Source: Pseudomonadales bacterium
Lineage (GTDB): Bacteria > Pseudomonadota > Gammaproteobacteria > Pseudomonadales > Pseudohongiellaceae
Length of the DNA stretch: 37,756 nt
NCBI GenBank assembly: GCA_022360535.1
Contig: JAKSCP010000398.1
Coordinates: 1-37,756, forward strand
Direction: 5' to 3'
Shown here: piece by piece, positions 36,595-37,756 of the stretch
Position numbering within the stretch: position 1 is the first letter of the stretch
Layout: each line of letters begins with the position of its first letter
Program-made: the position numbers and the translations under genes
Notes under the pieces: model-generated
Database searches by the model: none
What the model was told of the DNA's origin: nothing
Seen by the model: the letters and a program-made list of their open reading frames with translations, nothing else

Positions 36595-37512
36595 ATGAAT
36601 GACAATACCTCCCAAATCATTGTGATCGGTAGTATCAACACCGACATGATTGTCAAAACCAACAAGCTGCCTTCACCCGGGGAAACCGTACTTGGAGGGG
36701 AGTTCTTGATGAATGGTGGCGGTAAAGGCGCCAATCAAGCCGTGGCTGCCGCACGATTGGGCGGTCGCGTCGCCATGGTTGGCTGTGTCGGTGATGATGT
36801 CTTTGGAAGTGAAGCCATTCAGCGCTTGCAACAAGAGGGCATCGATTGTCATGGCGTAAATCGGGAGATGTCCAGGACATCTGGCATCGCACTAATAAAT
36901 GTCGACGCTTCAGGCGAGAACCAGATCGTTGTCGCAGCGGGTGCCAACACTGCGGTGAGCAAGACCCAGGTAGAATCCGCAATGGCATCCGCAACAGAGG
37001 AAACGTTGCTGCTCCTGCAACTGGAGATCCCGCTGGAAATCGTTGCACACGCAATAGCACTTGCCGGACAAAAAGCCTGTCGAGTGATCCTGGATCCGGC
37101 CCCAGCAAACAGCTTGAGTAGCGAACTTCTGCAAAGTATTTATTTACTGACACCCAATCAATCTGAAGCTCGTGTGCTCACAGGTGAAGATGTCATTGAT
37201 AGAGAATCAGCAGAGCGCGCCGCCGCTGCATTGTTAGCGCAAGGAGTTTCTAACGTGGCGCTTACACTGGGAAAGGATGGTTTATTGCTGGCCAGCGATG
37301 CAGGGGCCGAACTAATCCCAGCACAGGCGGTTACTGCAGTAGACACTACCGCTGCAGGAGATTGTTTTTGCGGGGCCGTCGCCGTGGCGCTGGCGGAAGG
37401 GAAAGTTCTCTCAGAAGCGGTGAGATTTGCAAACCAGGCTGCCGCAATCAGCGTGACGCGCATGGGGGCACAGAGCGCCCTTCCCTATGCTGACGAGATT
37501 CGATCACAATAG
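36595..37512 (+). CDS. rbsK: ribokinase
   Basis: VIGSINTDMIVKTNKLPSPGETV.G..F....GGKGANQAVAAARLG and the PfkB signature DTTAAGDCFCGAVAVAL. Confidence 0.9.
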   Translation: MNDNTSQIIVIGSINTDMIVKTNKLPSPGETVLGGEFLMNGGGKGANQAVAAARLGGRVAMVGCVGDDVFGSEAIQRLQQEGIDCHGVNREMSRTSGIALINVDASGENQIVVAAGANTAVSKTQVESAMASATEETLLLLQLEIPLEIVAHAIALAGQKACRVILDPAPANSLSSELLQSIYLLTPNQSEARVLTGEDVIDRESAERAAAALLAQGVSNVALTLGKDGLLLASDAGAELIPAQAVTAVDTTAAGDCFCGAVAVALAEGKVLSEAVRFANQAAAISVTRMGAQSALPYADEIRSQ

Positions 37513-37589
37513 ATGCGCTGAACTGCTGTATCATTGCCCTCACTAAGCCGGTTTTATTCTTCTCAATTCAAATTTTACGTAGTTAGCAC

Positions 37590-37756
37590 ATGGACAGTCA
37601 GCAACCGATAACCAACACGACGCTTACACCGGCTTCAGTATTAAAGTTCGTGGTGCCAGCTGTTCTCAGCTTATTGCTATTCCTGTTTCCTTTCTCAATA
37701 GATGGCAACAACACCATTCTGGTTGCCGTAGTAGCGCAGTTTCTACGAGATCAACT
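37590..37756 (+). CDS. membrane protein, 5' fragment (possibly a YjiH-like nucleoside-recognition-domain permease); runs off the window end
   Basis: ATG 37590 opens MDSQQPITNTTLTPASVLKFVVPAVLSLLLFLFPFSIDGNNTILVAVVAQFLRDQ with no stop before the window end. Hydrophobic, and downstream of nucleoside hydrolase and ribokinase. Confidence 0.4.
   Translation, partial: MDSQQPITNTTLTPASVLKFVVPAVLSLLLFLFPFSIDGNNTILVAVVAQFLRDQ

Overview
Gene-dense chromosomal segment of a Gram-negative bacterium. TonB-dependent receptor, MlaA, lipoboxes and a Tat signal support this; a marine gammaproteobacterial origin is only a guess from gene content. I support about 36 CDS (two cut by the window edges), three intrinsic-terminator-like hairpins, one convincing promoter/operator and one perfect tandem repeat. 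I saw no rRNA, tRNA, CRISPR, IS, integrase or phage genes, so this does not look like a classical mobile or defence island. Housekeeping genes: tdk, ggt, a signal-peptide-bearing katG, an ATGA-coupled YtrA-type GntR/ABC ATPase/permease operon, a SorAB/SoxCD-like sulfite-oxidase-family pair, and nucleoside hydrolase plus ribokinase plus a putative nucleoside permease. Candidates for undescribed biology, in my order of interest: (1) a class III adenylyl cyclase fused to a C-terminal PilZ domain and followed by an orphan receiver, with two further YcgR-like PilZ paralogs in the window. (2) A bacterial tubulin-tyrosine-ligase-like ATP-grasp gene flanked by a DegT-type aminotransferase and an Asp/Glu-racemase-fold protein that lacks both catalytic cysteines. 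(3) A tightly coupled MlaC-like/MlaA/TonB-dependent-barrel operon divergent from an HpnN-like MMPL/RND transporter, which could be an ABC-independent lipid route across the envelope. (4) A translationally coupled membrane-protein pair ending in a CxxC...CxxC tail. (5) A three-gene secreted operon ending in a Serratia-type nuclease homolog whose catalytic DRGH motif reads QRAR. (6) A cysteine-free periplasmic PQQ dehydrogenase co-transcribed with two YceI-like proteins. Many ORF-track starts are GTG/TTG and look over-extended. I re-called starts where a signal peptide, RBS or conserved N-terminus supports an internal ATG. All family assignments come from motif recognition by eye, and no searches were run.
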